Of a DNA stretch of 64,000 bases, positions 44,320 to 54,059 are shown one piece after another. A program made the translations under genes and the position numbers. The DNA lies in assembly GCA_902525615.1 (NCBI GenBank), contig CABZHT010000001.1:349282-413281 (forward strand), in the 5' to 3' direction. The DNA is from an uncultured Fidelibacterota bacterium (GTDB taxonomy: Bacteria > Fidelibacterota > Marinisomatia > Marinisomatales > Marinisomataceae). The notes below the pieces were generated by a model, which saw nothing but the letters and a program-made list of their open reading frames with translations, searched no databases and was not told the origin of the DNA. Position 1 is the stretch's first letter. Each line of letters opens with the position of its first letter.

Positions 44320-46236
44320 TTAATCGGTTTGATTGTCTATAATTAAAAGTATTGCAGCAATATTAGCGAAAGTTGTTGCAAGGTCTGCAATGAAAGTTGT
44401 TAAATCAAATTCATTAGGATTAGGATTAAGGGGTACTACAATAGTATCACCGGGGCTTAATCTTTTTGTTCTACCGTTAAAAATATTTGCTTTTTCTATT
44501 TCACCGTTTGCTTTTATAACATATGAACTTTTCTTTAAGCTATAAGGCTTGTAACCTCCAGCCTGAATAATAGCCCTTGACATGGTAAGCTCTCTACTAT
44601 GCGCAACAAGTCCGGGACTATATACGTTCCCTTCAACCTTCACAACATTTTCAAATGGTAGAGCATTAATTACAGAATTTGCGCCTAATTCAAAGTCTAA
44701 AGAAACATTAGCTACAGTTTGTGTTTTTGTAACTTCTTTATCTAATTCGTTTAATTCAGTGAATTCTTGACTAACAACTAAATTATTATAACTTGAAAGC
44801 TCTGTTAACCCCCCAGCTAATTTTAATGCTTCTTTAATAGTAGTTCCTTTAATAAGTGGATAAGTTCCAGGCTTATTAACTTGTCCTTCAACACGGTAAG
44901 TGAAACTATTTCTATAATTTATATCTTCATATACAAATATTTTATCATTTACATTTAACGAAAATGATTCTGAATCTTCATAAGCAATTATGAACTCATC
45001 GCTATAAAATTGTTTTGCATTTTGTCTTAAAATAGTAATCTCATCAGCTTTAATTGTTTGCCTAAAAATAGGATCATCAAAACCTCCCGCAATATCTAGA
45101 ATATCTTTCAAAGACATATTTGAGGATGAATACTCACCTGGTACTTTAACCCTACCATAAATCTGAACTTTAGAATTAGAATCACCCACATTTCTTACAG
45201 TAATAATATCGCCATTATTAAAGGATGTTCTATCAGAATTTTTTAAATCAATGTTTATGCTTGAGATAATATTATCCTGTGAAGTTCTTTCATCAATAGG
45301 CAATACTGTATCTACTGTAATGATGGATGATGCTCTGGCTGCCAATCCTGCAGCATAACCAATTATGTCTTTTAAGCTATCATTTGCTAATAATTCATAA
45401 TAGCCTGGTCTGAGTACAGAACCTTTAACTTCGACTCGGTCTTTAATAGCTGGTACATGAATTATATCTCCATCAACTAATCTCAAGTTTGAAAAATTGT
45501 TTGATCCTTTTGTAAAAAATGAATAGAAATCTATAGTATCAATTTTTTCATTGTTTCTTATTAATTGAATATTTCTTAAAGATCCTTCAACATTCACTCC
45601 TCCAACTTGCACGAGTGCAGCAAAAATATCTGAAAAAGGATGAACCAACTGAATACCTGGCTTATTTACTTCACCAGAAAAATAAATATTTAAGGACCTA
45701 AGCTTACCAAGCTCAAGCATTAATTTTGTGGAATTTTCACTATCATTTAAAGTCGAATAAATTTTTGATAGCTCAGAGGATAATAATTCCTCAGCTTCTT
45801 CAATTGTTTTATTTGAAATATTTATAAAACCTATATTCTTATAATAAATCAGACCTTCTTTATTAATTATAAACTTTTCTCTTAAGTTAATTTCACCCCA
45901 TAAAGATATGATAACTTCGTCACCAGCACCAAGTTTAAAATCTGATGGCGTAGGAATGTTATCGAAGAAATTAATTTTAGTTTTAAAATAATTGTATCCA
46001 AAATACATATTATCTATTTGATTAATATCTGTATTTTCATCTATTTCAACAGAAAGAGATTTTACATCTTCAAAAGATTTTATACTATCATCTGAATTTT
46101 CAAATTCAAATTTTTGTTGTTCTTTTAAGCTCTCTCGTAACTTATCTAAATCAGAATTATTCATTTGCCCAATATCTAGGTTTTGAGCTTGAAGAAGACT
46201 AATAAATAAAAATAATACAGTTGTAATTTTTTTCAT
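44320..46236 (-). CDS. wza: Outer-membrane polysaccharide export protein (Wza-like; Poly_export domain + multiple SLBB repeats)
   Basis: It has a signal peptide, FKLGAGDEVIISLWGE (the Poly_export motif), several repeats of the V.GEV..PG.Y type (SGEVNKPGIQL, KGSVLRPGYYEL, YGRVKVPGEY, EGQVNKPGTY, EGNVYSPG) and a C-terminal TM helix. Confidence 0.82.
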   Translation of the reverse strand: MKKITTVLFLFISLLQAQNLDIGQMNNSDLDKLRESLKEQQKFEFENSDDSIKSFEDVKSLSVEIDENTDINQIDNMYFGYNYFKTKINFFDNIPTPSDFKLGAGDEVIISLWGEINLREKFIINKEGLIYYKNIGFINISNKTIEEAEELLSSELSKIYSTLNDSENSTKLMLELGKLRSLNIYFSGEVNKPGIQLVHPFSDIFAALVQVGGVNVEGSLRNIQLIRNNEKIDTIDFYSFFTKGSNNFSNLRLVDGDIIHVPAIKDRVEVKGSVLRPGYYELLANDSLKDIIGYAAGLAARASSIITVDTVLPIDERTSQDNIISSINIDLKNSDRTSFNNGDIITVRNVGDSNSKVQIYGRVKVPGEYSSSNMSLKDILDIAGGFDDPIFRQTIKADEITILRQNAKQFYSDEFIIAYEDSESFSLNVNDKIFVYEDINYRNSFTYRVEGQVNKPGTYPLIKGTTIKEALKLAGGLTELSSYNNLVVSQEFTELNELDKEVTKTQTVANVSLDFELGANSVINALPFENVVKVEGNVYSPGLVAHSRELTMSRAIIQAGGYKPYSLKKSSYVIKANGEIEKANIFNGRTKRLSPGDTIVVPLNPNPNEFDLTTFIADLATTFANIAAILLIIDNQTD

Positions 46237-46275
46237 GTTTGCAATTTAGTTTTAAAAATACTGTTTACAAATAAA

Positions 46276-47301
46276 TTATATAGAAAGCCACCTATCATTT
46301 TTAAGAGTCCAATCGATTGTTGATTCAAGTCTTTCATAAGCAGATTTAGGAGTCCAACCCATCAATTTCATTTTTTCTCCACTCAAAGCGTATCTTAAAT
46401 CATGTCCTGGCCTTTGAGAATGAAAATCAACCATTTCATACCTAAGGTTTTTGTTTTGCGTTTTTGCAATGAACTCTGCCAACTCAAGATTGTCGATTTC
46501 ATCTTTACCAACAATGTTAAATTTTTGACATTTAGCTCCAGTAATATCGGACTCTAGTGAAGATATATCATAATTAAATAAAAACATTAATGCATCTGCA
46601 ACATCACTAGCATGAATATAATGCCTTGATCCAGCTTTTGTTTTTGCAGCATTAGAATGAACAGAAATAGTTTGATTATCGCGTACTTTTTTTATAGCCA
46701 TAGGAATGTATTTTTCCGGATTTTGTCTTTCTCCGAAAACGTTCATTGTATGTGTTATCAATGATGGTAAACCATATGTATTCTCAAATGCAACAACTAA
46801 TTCTTCTGCACCTGCTTTTGTCGCAGAATATGGATTTGTTGAATTATATCTATCATTTTCTTTATAATTAATTCCAGCTGGTGCTGGCCCAAAAATTTCA
46901 TCCGTACTAAAATACGCAAATCTTTCTAGCCTATCACATTTTCTTGCATAATCTAAAATATTGGCTGTGCCAACAACATTGTCCATAACAAATTCTAGAG
47001 GATACTTAATAGATCTGTCAACATGTGACCCTGCTGCAAGATGTGCAATGAGGTCAAGTTCTCCTAATGATGCCACTATTTCAGGATTTAATTCAGCTTT
47101 TAAATCATGATAAACAACTTTTACTCTTTTTCTATCTTCACTTTTATGCGAAGATACAACTTCATTTAACCTGTTCAGATTACCGCTAAAGTCAAGCCTA
47201 TCTAAAGTAATAATTTCCCAATCTGTAGTTGATAATATTTTATCAATCAAATGATGGGCTATAAATCCAGCACCTCCAGTAATCAGTATTTTCTTTGACA
47301 T
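46276..47301 (-). CDS. NDP-sugar 4,6-dehydratase (RfbB-like extended SDR)
   Basis: ILITGGAGFIAHHL, FSTDEIFG, YSATKAGAEELV (YxxxK) and THTMNVFGERQ. Length is 341 aa. Confidence 0.72.
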   Translation of the reverse strand: MSKKILITGGAGFIAHHLIDKILSTTDWEIITLDRLDFSGNLNRLNEVVSSHKSEDRKRVKVVYHDLKAELNPEIVASLGELDLIAHLAAGSHVDRSIKYPLEFVMDNVVGTANILDYARKCDRLERFAYFSTDEIFGPAPAGINYKENDRYNSTNPYSATKAGAEELVVAFENTYGLPSLITHTMNVFGERQNPEKYIPMAIKKVRDNQTISVHSNAAKTKAGSRHYIHASDVADALMFLFNYDISSLESDITGAKCQKFNIVGKDEIDNLELAEFIAKTQNKNLRYEMVDFHSQRPGHDLRYALSGEKMKLMGWTPKSAYERLESTIDWTLKNDRWLSI

Positions 47302-48209
47302 CAGATTCCTAAATCTTCTTTATATTTTGGAACCCAATCTTCAATAATAACTGATGGCGACCAGCCAAGTAGTTCTTTAGCTTTTGAATTATCAGCAAGA
47401 GTTTCTCTAGGCTCAATAACAGGTTCAATATGTTTTGTTGGCCCACCAATCATTTTAGCAATTTGATTTACAGATTTATTTTCACCATTTCCAATATTAA
47501 TTACTTCACCTTGACCTACTTTGTTTGAGTTCATAGCTAAAATATTAGCTCTTGCGATATCCTTAACATGAGTAAAGTCTCTTCTTTGTTCTCCATCTCC
47601 TCTGATTGTTAAAGGTTGATCGTTTAATCTTTGTCTAGCAAAAACGCACATTACCAATGCATAAGCACCTTCTAAGCTTTGTCTTTCACCATAAACATTA
47701 AAATATCTTAAGGAAACAGTTTCTAAACCATAAACATTAGCAAACATTCTACATGCGACTTCTCCATAGTATTTTTGCATTGCATAGGGTGAGATTGGAT
47801 CTACAGGACCATCTTCTTTTAATGGCAGATTTATAGCATTGCCATAAGCTGAAGAGGATGCACTATAAACTAATCTTTTAACTTTTGAATCTGAACAGGC
47901 TTTTAAAATGTTAATCGTACTCAAAGTATTATTTTTCTCAAAATGGATTGGATTATCAATCGATTCCTGAACTCTAGGCAAAGCAGCTAAATGAAAAACT
48001 CCATTCGATCCAGAAACAATATCTTTTAATTGATTAAAATTTGAATCGTCAGAAATATCTAATTCAAAATATTTCGCCTTATTATTACAATTTTCTTTTT
48101 CCCCTGTCGAAAAATTGTCAATTACATCAACTTGATGGCCTTCTTCAATTAATATATCAACTAAATTACTTCCAATGAACCCTGCCCCGCCGGTTACGAT
48201 GTATTTCAT
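47301..48209 (-). CDS. NAD-dependent NDP-sugar epimerase (GalE/WbpP-like)
   Basis: YIVTGGAGFIGSNLVD, SSSAYG, YAMQKYYGE (YxxxK), RYFNVYGERQ and RDFTHVKD. Length is 302 aa. Confidence 0.8.
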   Translation of the reverse strand: MKYIVTGGAGFIGSNLVDILIEEGHQVDVIDNFSTGEKENCNNKAKYFELDISDDSNFNQLKDIVSGSNGVFHLAALPRVQESIDNPIHFEKNNTLSTINILKACSDSKVKRLVYSASSSAYGNAINLPLKEDGPVDPISPYAMQKYYGEVACRMFANVYGLETVSLRYFNVYGERQSLEGAYALVMCVFARQRLNDQPLTIRGDGEQRRDFTHVKDIARANILAMNSNKVGQGEVINIGNGENKSVNQIAKMIGGPTKHIEPVIEPRETLADNSKAKELLGWSPSVIIEDWVPKYKEDLGI

Positions 48210-48210
48210 T

Positions 48211-49317
48211 TTATCCTTTTAAAACTTCTATAATTTTATCAATATCTGTGGTTTCAAGATAAGGATGCATTGGTAAACTGACAATGGTTTTTGATAACTT
48301 TTCGGAAACATCTAAATCATTTTCTTTATAGCCTAAATAGGAGAATGCTTCCATTAAATGAATTGGAAATTTATAATATATTACAGATGGAATTTTATTT
48401 TTTGATAATCTTTCAACTAAATCGTTTCTTTTGCTATTTGAACCTAAAACTATTGAAAATAAAGCATGAGCAGATTGATATTCTTTGGGATGATGTTGAG
48501 CATTATTTAAATATTTTCTATAATATTTATCTACTTCAATTCTCCTTTCTAACTCTTCATCAAAAAAAGATAACTTTTCTAATAAAACTGCTGCTTGAAT
48601 ACTATCAAGTCTTCCATTTAAACCAATCATTTCGCTATTGTATTTATCTTTTTTGGTACCATGAATACGGATAGCTTTACATTCTTCTGCCAAATTGTCG
48701 TCATTTGTAAAAATAGCACCACCATCTCCATAACATCCAAGAGGCTTCGCGGGATAAAAAGAAGTAGCAGCAACATCCCCAAACATACCAACTTTTTTGT
48801 CTCTAATTGTGCCTCCAAAACTTTGTGCTGCATCTTCTATAACTTTTAAATTATATTTTTTAGCAATCTTATCTATAAGTCTATATCTTGCAGGTAATCC
48901 AAATAAATCTACAGGGATGATTGCTTTGGGCTTAAGTTTGCCATCATCAATGACTTTATTTATTTCAATTTCTAACTTATCACAATCAATATTGTAAGTT
49001 GATTCATAAACATCTACAAAAACAGGAGTTGCCCCAAGAATTGAAATTACTTCTGCAGTAGCAACATATGTAAAAGGAGTTGTAAATACTGCATCTCCAG
49101 GACCTACCTCCCAGGCCATTAAAGGTATTAACAATGCATCAGTTCCAGAAGAACATGAAATAGCATGTTTTACTCCACAATAATCTGCTAATTTTTGCTC
49201 GAGTTCAAATACTTCTGGTCCCATAATGTATGCACCATGATCAAGAATTTTATTAATTCTCTTTTCAAGAGGTTTTCGAAAGCGTTTTTGTTGAGTCTTT
49301 AAGTCCAAAAATTCCAT
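48211..49317 (-). CDS. DegT/DnrJ/EryC1/StrS-family PLP-dependent sugar aminotransferase
   Basis: ILDHGAYIMGPEVFELEQKLADYCG, SSGTDALL, IIPVDLFG and SFYPAKPLGCYGDGGAIFT (the PLP-Lys region). Length is 368 aa. Confidence 0.88.
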   Translation of the reverse strand: MEFLDLKTQQKRFRKPLEKRINKILDHGAYIMGPEVFELEQKLADYCGVKHAISCSSGTDALLIPLMAWEVGPGDAVFTTPFTYVATAEVISILGATPVFVDVYESTYNIDCDKLEIEINKVIDDGKLKPKAIIPVDLFGLPARYRLIDKIAKKYNLKVIEDAAQSFGGTIRDKKVGMFGDVAATSFYPAKPLGCYGDGGAIFTNDDNLAEECKAIRIHGTKKDKYNSEMIGLNGRLDSIQAAVLLEKLSFFDEELERRIEVDKYYRKYLNNAQHHPKEYQSAHALFSIVLGSNSKRNDLVERLSKNKIPSVIYYKFPIHLMEAFSYLGYKENDLDVSEKLSKTIVSLPMHPYLETTDIDKIIEVLKG

Positions 49318-49523
49318 AATTGGATAGTAAATTAATGAATTTATTTTCTGAATGATAAAAATTAATTAAAAATAGGTTTTGAAAAGATATTTGTTAGAGA
49401 ATGATTAGAAAATTATAATGTTAAATAATCGTTTGTATTTTTAATATATTTATAACAAATTTGCAATGTAACTGGGATTATCAATTATAATCCTCGATAA
49501 CTAATAATAAGGAAAATAAAACT

Positions 49524-52265
49524 ATGAAACGTACAATTTTAAATGCTCTTTTAGTTTTCGCCTTTTCTGCTAGTGCAGTTTTTGCACAAGGAACTGTGTC
49601 AGGTACTGTGACTGATGCTGATGGTAAAGCGCTACCAGGAGCTAACGTAATTGTTGAAGGAACAAATCTTGGTGCTGCTGCAACTTTAAGTGGTGGTTAT
49701 TCAATTGATGTTCCATCTGGTTCATACACATTAACTGCATCAGTAGTTGGTTTTACTACTGAATCTGTTTCTGTAAGTGTTAGTGGAACTGGAAAAACAG
49801 TAAATTTTGCTTTAAGCCCATCAGCTGTAGCATTAGGTGGAGTGGATGTTCTTGCTAATAGAGTTAATGAGAATTCTGCTGTTCCTTACACTGATTTCTT
49901 AAAAAGTGAAATCGACTTTAGATTAGGTGGTAGAGGTTTGCCGCAGGCACTTTCTACTCAACCAAACGTTCATGTTAACCAAGGTGGTGGTTGGGATGAT
50001 GAGAATGTTTTTGTTAGAGGTTTTGATGACAGATATACATCTTACGCTATTAATGGTATTCCAATGAACGATATGGAAAACGGAAATCTATACTTCTCTA
50101 ATTGGTCCGTTTTAGCAGATGTTGCTAGTGTAGTACAAATCCAAAAAGGTGCTTCAGCAATTAACTTAGCTGTTCCAAACCTTGGTGGTGTAGTAAACTT
50201 TATTTCATTTAATCCAAATCAAGAAAAGAGCTATTCTGTTAAACAAGAGATGGGTTCTAATGGATTAAACAGAACTGCTGTTGTATTAAACAGTGGGTTA
50301 TTAATGGATGGTAAACTTGCTCTTGTTGGAGCTGCTTCAAGAAGAACAGCACATCAGAGGGTTGCCAAAGGTACTTTCTCCGAAGCATGGGGTTTTTACT
50401 TCATGGGTTCCTATCAATTTAATGATAAGAATAGAGTAGAATTTGTTGCTATAGGTGCTCCACAGAAACATGGTCAGGCTTACTATACTGATTACATTTC
50501 AAACTACAGTAACGATTTAGCTAGAGAATATGGTGTAGACGAAGCTGATTTAAGAGATGAGTATGGCTGGGACTACAATGCTAATGGTTGGGGTCAATTT
50601 ACTAATGGCTTCAAACAAAAAAGAGCATGGGCCAGCTGGGTACCTTTTGATGGTAACATAAACCAACCAATGAGAATTGACGATGAGAATTGGTCAAATG
50701 ATGAGTGGACTACAAGAGTTAACTACTTCAATAAACCAATTATGCAATTCAATATTTATAATACATTAGCAAATGGAATGACACTAACTTCATCAATATA
50801 TAATTCTGGTGGAGAAGGTGGTGGAGGTGGATTTACCTCAGACAGATACACTATTGTTGGTGATGTTGGTGACTATTTAGAAGGTCCTAATGGATCTGTA
50901 AACGTGGACTGGTTAGTAGACTATAATGCTAATCCAGACACAAGACAAGAAACAGCTTATGGTGTTGCTACTCCAGTAGCTGGTAGATCTTCAAGAAATA
51001 ACCAAAATACCTTAGGTGTTATGTCAAAACTTTCTATGGATTTAAATCCTGAAAGCAAACTAACCATTGGTCTTGATGTAAGAACTGCAGAAGTTGAGCA
51101 CACAAGTAGAATTGTAAATTTATTTGGTGCTGATGTGTATTATAATTCTTATTTAGGAGATAATGCATGGACAGACGCTCAAAAATATAGAGGTTTAGGA
51201 GATAGACAAGAGTATTGGACAGTGTCAGATATAGATTGGCAAGGAATGTATGTTCAATATGATTATAATTCTGGACCTACAACAGCATTTGCTGTAGCAG
51301 GAGTTACTTCCGCACAATACGCAGTTACTGACAAGTTTGGTGGTGCTGTTGGCGAAACAGACCCAGTTCTAGAAGCTGACGCAGCTACAGGATGGCAAGT
51401 AAAAGCTGGAGCAAGTCATAATTTAAATGACACATACCAATTATTTGGTACTGTTGGATATACACAACTTACTCCTACACTTGATAAACTGATCAATGAC
51501 GAAGCTTTCCAAATGAATACTGGTTTCGAAAATGAATTAGCTACTTTTGTAGACTTTGGAACAAGATTCAAATCTGCAAATGGTCAAGTTGTTGGTTCTG
51601 TTGGTTTATATTACACACTATGGGAAAATAGAGACCTTAGAGTATCACAAACTGATGCTTCAGGAGATAGATCTTACTTAAGTATTCAAGGACAAGATCA
51701 GGCTCACTCAGGAATTGAATACTCAATTTCTTATCAGCCAATACCTGTTTTAAGGTTTGACCTTAGAGGTTCTGAAAATGTTTGGGAAAATACAAGTGAT
51801 TTTACTTTTCAATACATTAGCGACCTATCAGACCCAACGAACTTAACAACAGTAAACGCTTACATGGATGGAACAAAAATTGGTGGGGCTCCACAAAGCC
51901 AACAATCATTTATTGTTACTACATTCATGAATAGGTTAAAAGCTTCTATGGAAGTTGAGAGATTTGGAAATATGTATGCACAATTCAAGTACGGTAACGA
52001 TGCCGCACAAAGATTATACGTATTTGATGATCCTGATAATCTATACAAAGATATCCAGCAGAAATCACTTGACCACACAGTGATGAATTTACTGTTCGAA
52101 TATCAATTAGATAAAGTAAAACTAAATCTTGGTATATTTAATGCTCTTGACGAAGAGTACGTACTTGATTTAGAAGATAATGGAATGGATGGAGAGGTTA
52201 AAGACTTAAAAGGTCAACCTCAAATGATGCGCAATTATACACTTGGTTTATCATATTCATTCTAA
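49524..52265 (+). CDS. TonB-dependent outer-membrane receptor with N-terminal carboxypeptidase-regulatory-like domain
   Basis: Signal peptide (AVFAQG), then TVSGTVTDADGKALPGANVIVEGTNLGAATLSGGYSI (CarboxypepD_reg), a plug region (VFVRGFDDRYTSYAINGIPMND), a long barrel and a terminal YTLGLSYSF (C-terminal Phe). GC is noticeably higher than in the surrounding sequence. Confidence 0.88.
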   Translation: MKRTILNALLVFAFSASAVFAQGTVSGTVTDADGKALPGANVIVEGTNLGAAATLSGGYSIDVPSGSYTLTASVVGFTTESVSVSVSGTGKTVNFALSPSAVALGGVDVLANRVNENSAVPYTDFLKSEIDFRLGGRGLPQALSTQPNVHVNQGGGWDDENVFVRGFDDRYTSYAINGIPMNDMENGNLYFSNWSVLADVASVVQIQKGASAINLAVPNLGGVVNFISFNPNQEKSYSVKQEMGSNGLNRTAVVLNSGLLMDGKLALVGAASRRTAHQRVAKGTFSEAWGFYFMGSYQFNDKNRVEFVAIGAPQKHGQAYYTDYISNYSNDLAREYGVDEADLRDEYGWDYNANGWGQFTNGFKQKRAWASWVPFDGNINQPMRIDDENWSNDEWTTRVNYFNKPIMQFNIYNTLANGMTLTSSIYNSGGEGGGGGFTSDRYTIVGDVGDYLEGPNGSVNVDWLVDYNANPDTRQETAYGVATPVAGRSSRNNQNTLGVMSKLSMDLNPESKLTIGLDVRTAEVEHTSRIVNLFGADVYYNSYLGDNAWTDAQKYRGLGDRQEYWTVSDIDWQGMYVQYDYNSGPTTAFAVAGVTSAQYAVTDKFGGAVGETDPVLEADAATGWQVKAGASHNLNDTYQLFGTVGYTQLTPTLDKLINDEAFQMNTGFENELATFVDFGTRFKSANGQVVGSVGLYYTLWENRDLRVSQTDASGDRSYLSIQGQDQAHSGIEYSISYQPIPVLRFDLRGSENVWENTSDFTFQYISDLSDPTNLTTVNAYMDGTKIGGAPQSQQSFIVTTFMNRLKASMEVERFGNMYAQFKYGNDAAQRLYVFDDPDNLYKDIQQKSLDHTVMNLLFEYQLDKVKLNLGIFNALDEEYVLDLEDNGMDGEVKDLKGQPQMMRNYTLGLSYSF

Positions 52266-52282
52266 CGATTGTTATTAGTTAT

Positions 52283-52318
52283 AAAAAAAGGCTCTCATTT
52301 TTTGAGAGCCTTTTTTTT
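52283..52318. terminator. Bidirectional intrinsic terminator between the TonB receptor gene and dnaG
   Basis: AAAAAAAGGCTCTCA-TTTTT-TGAGAGCCTTTTTTTT forms a perfect 9-bp stem (52289-52297 / 52303-52311) with a 5-nt loop. It is flanked by A7 upstream and T8 downstream, so it reads as a hairpin plus U-tract on both strands. The dnaG stop codon (52317-52319) sits in the T-tract. Confidence 0.85.
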
Positions 52319-54059
52319 AAGATATACTTCTTTGTAGTGAAACTAGTTTATTAACAAGTGTTTCAGGTGCTAACTTTCCCGATTCTTCAATTAATTTTAT
52401 TTCATTTCTAAGATCTAAGACTTGCTTTTTTATTTGCTCCCTCTCAAGTGCTTGAATACAGTCTTCCAAAATGATTTTTTCATTTTCTGTCTCGATTTTG
52501 TCAACAGCTAATAGAGCAACTAAATTTCTTTCTTCTGGACTAGAACCGATAAATTCTAATAATTGTGCTACATTAGAATATTTTCCAATATGATCTTTAA
52601 TTGACTTCATGATATTGTAAAATAATTTATTATTGAAAAGAGTAGATGGAATATTCTTTGATAGTTCGGGATTGTGAATTATTAGCTTTAAAATTTCTAA
52701 TTGGGCTTTTTCAGCCTTTGAGCTAAAGTGTTCAATTGAAGTGTTTTCATGTTCTACTGATTTACTGTTAACTGTTTTTTTAATTTTAGCACTATTAAAC
52801 CTACTTAATATTTCACTTTCTGCAACACTTAATTCATTCGACAATCTCTTAATCAGATCATTTCTAATTATAACATCTATAATATTTTTTATTTCGTTGA
52901 TACATTCATTTAAAAACTTTGATCTTTCAGATGCGCCTTTTTCTAGAATATTTTTTTTGTTAATGATATAATTAATGGGATGTACGGCATCTTTAATTAA
53001 TTTTTTAAAAGAAGCAGTATCATTTGTTGGAGATTTAAAGAAATCATCAGGATCTAAGCCATCTTGCAAGTCAATAACTCTAACCTCAAATCCATTCTGC
53101 ATTAAAATATATCCAGTTCTAATTGCTGCATTAATTCCAGCATTATCTGAATCATAAGTAAGTATGACACGATTTGTATACTTATTTAAAGCTGCTGCAT
53201 GTTTGGAAGAAAAAGCGGTACCGGATGTTGCTAACACATTTGTAAACCCTTTTTCATATAATCTTAAAAAATCTGTCTGTCCTTCAACTAAAAGAACATA
53301 GTTTTGCTTACGAATTTCTGGCATTGTTTGGTACGAGCCATAAAAAACCTTACTTTTTTGAAATAATAATGTTTCTGGTGAGTTAAGATATTTAACATCT
53401 TCCTTATCGGATAAGCTCCTTCCACTAAAACCAATCACCTTTCCAGAGGGGCTAAAAAATGGAAACATGATTCTATTTCTAAACCTATCGATATAACCCC
53501 TTTTCCCCTTAGAAAATAAACCAGATTTTTCAATAACTTCGTTATCAAATTTATCTTTTAATTCATTATAAAGCTGATCCCACGAATCAGTAGCAAAACC
53601 AATGGACAACTTTTTAAGAATGGTATCATCAAAAGATCTATCTTGCATATAAGATTTTGCCTTCATTCCCTTATTGGAAGATAAATTATTAATAAAAAAT
53701 ATGTTTGTAAGATTATGGATTTCGTAAAGCTTGTCATATAAGTTACTTTGTTGTTCATCGCCAACTTCAATTATTTCAATATTATGCTTTTCAGCAAGAG
53801 ATCGTATAGCTTCAGAAAAACTAATTTTTTCATATTCAATAAGGAATTGTACCGCGTTGCCTCCCTGACCAGAACCAAAGTCGTACCACATATTTTTATC
53901 AGGTGCTACACTAAATGACGGCTTTGTCTCTGATCTAAATGGACTCAACCCAAAGTAGTTTTTACCTCTTTTTTTTAAATCAACATACTGCGATATAACT
54001 TCAAAGATATCAACTTCTTCTAAAACTCTATTTATTGTTTCTTGTGCTATTCTTCTCAT
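52317..54059 (-). CDS. dnaG: DNA primase
   Basis: The zinc-finger region is unusually degenerate, but there is a KNYFGLSPFRSETKPSFSV-type N-terminus. RIMFPFFSPSGKVIGFSGR and LVEGQTDFL (TOPRIM EGxxD) ... YDSDNAG are also present. Length is 580 aa. Confidence 0.9.
   Translation of the reverse strand: MRRIAQETINRVLEEVDIFEVISQYVDLKKRGKNYFGLSPFRSETKPSFSVAPDKNMWYDFGSGQGGNAVQFLIEYEKISFSEAIRSLAEKHNIEIIEVGDEQQSNLYDKLYEIHNLTNIFFINNLSSNKGMKAKSYMQDRSFDDTILKKLSIGFATDSWDQLYNELKDKFDNEVIEKSGLFSKGKRGYIDRFRNRIMFPFFSPSGKVIGFSGRSLSDKEDVKYLNSPETLLFQKSKVFYGSYQTMPEIRKQNYVLLVEGQTDFLRLYEKGFTNVLATSGTAFSSKHAAALNKYTNRVILTYDSDNAGINAAIRTGYILMQNGFEVRVIDLQDGLDPDDFFKSPTNDTASFKKLIKDAVHPINYIINKKNILEKGASERSKFLNECINEIKNIIDVIIRNDLIKRLSNELSVAESEILSRFNSAKIKKTVNSKSVEHENTSIEHFSSKAEKAQLEILKLIIHNPELSKNIPSTLFNNKLFYNIMKSIKDHIGKYSNVAQLLEFIGSSPEERNLVALLAVDKIETENEKIILEDCIQALEREQIKKQVLDLRNEIKLIEESGKLAPETLVNKLVSLQRSIS

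Noticed and set aside
48291-48997. Cluster of four ORFs (48291..48674 +, 48627..48833 -, 48661..48849 +, 48797..48997 +)
   Set aside because: All overlap the DegT-family aminotransferase gene, whose full-length motifs are intact. They are alternative-frame or antisense artefacts.
46276-49317. Pseudaminic or legionaminic acid pathway (dehydratase + epimerase + DegT aminotransferase)
   Set aside because: The window has no NeuB/PseI/LegI-type synthase, no PseH/PseG-like genes and no N-acetyltransferase. The trio is adequately explained as a generic amino-dideoxy-hexose branch.
49318-49523. Cobalamin or TPP riboswitch, or a canonical Fur box, upstream of the TonB-dependent receptor
   Set aside because: There is no B12 box (GCCACTG-like) and no TPP CTGAGA/ACCTGA elements. 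The 7-5-7 dyad only loosely resembles Fur half-sites. It is kept as a low-interest observation rather than a feature.
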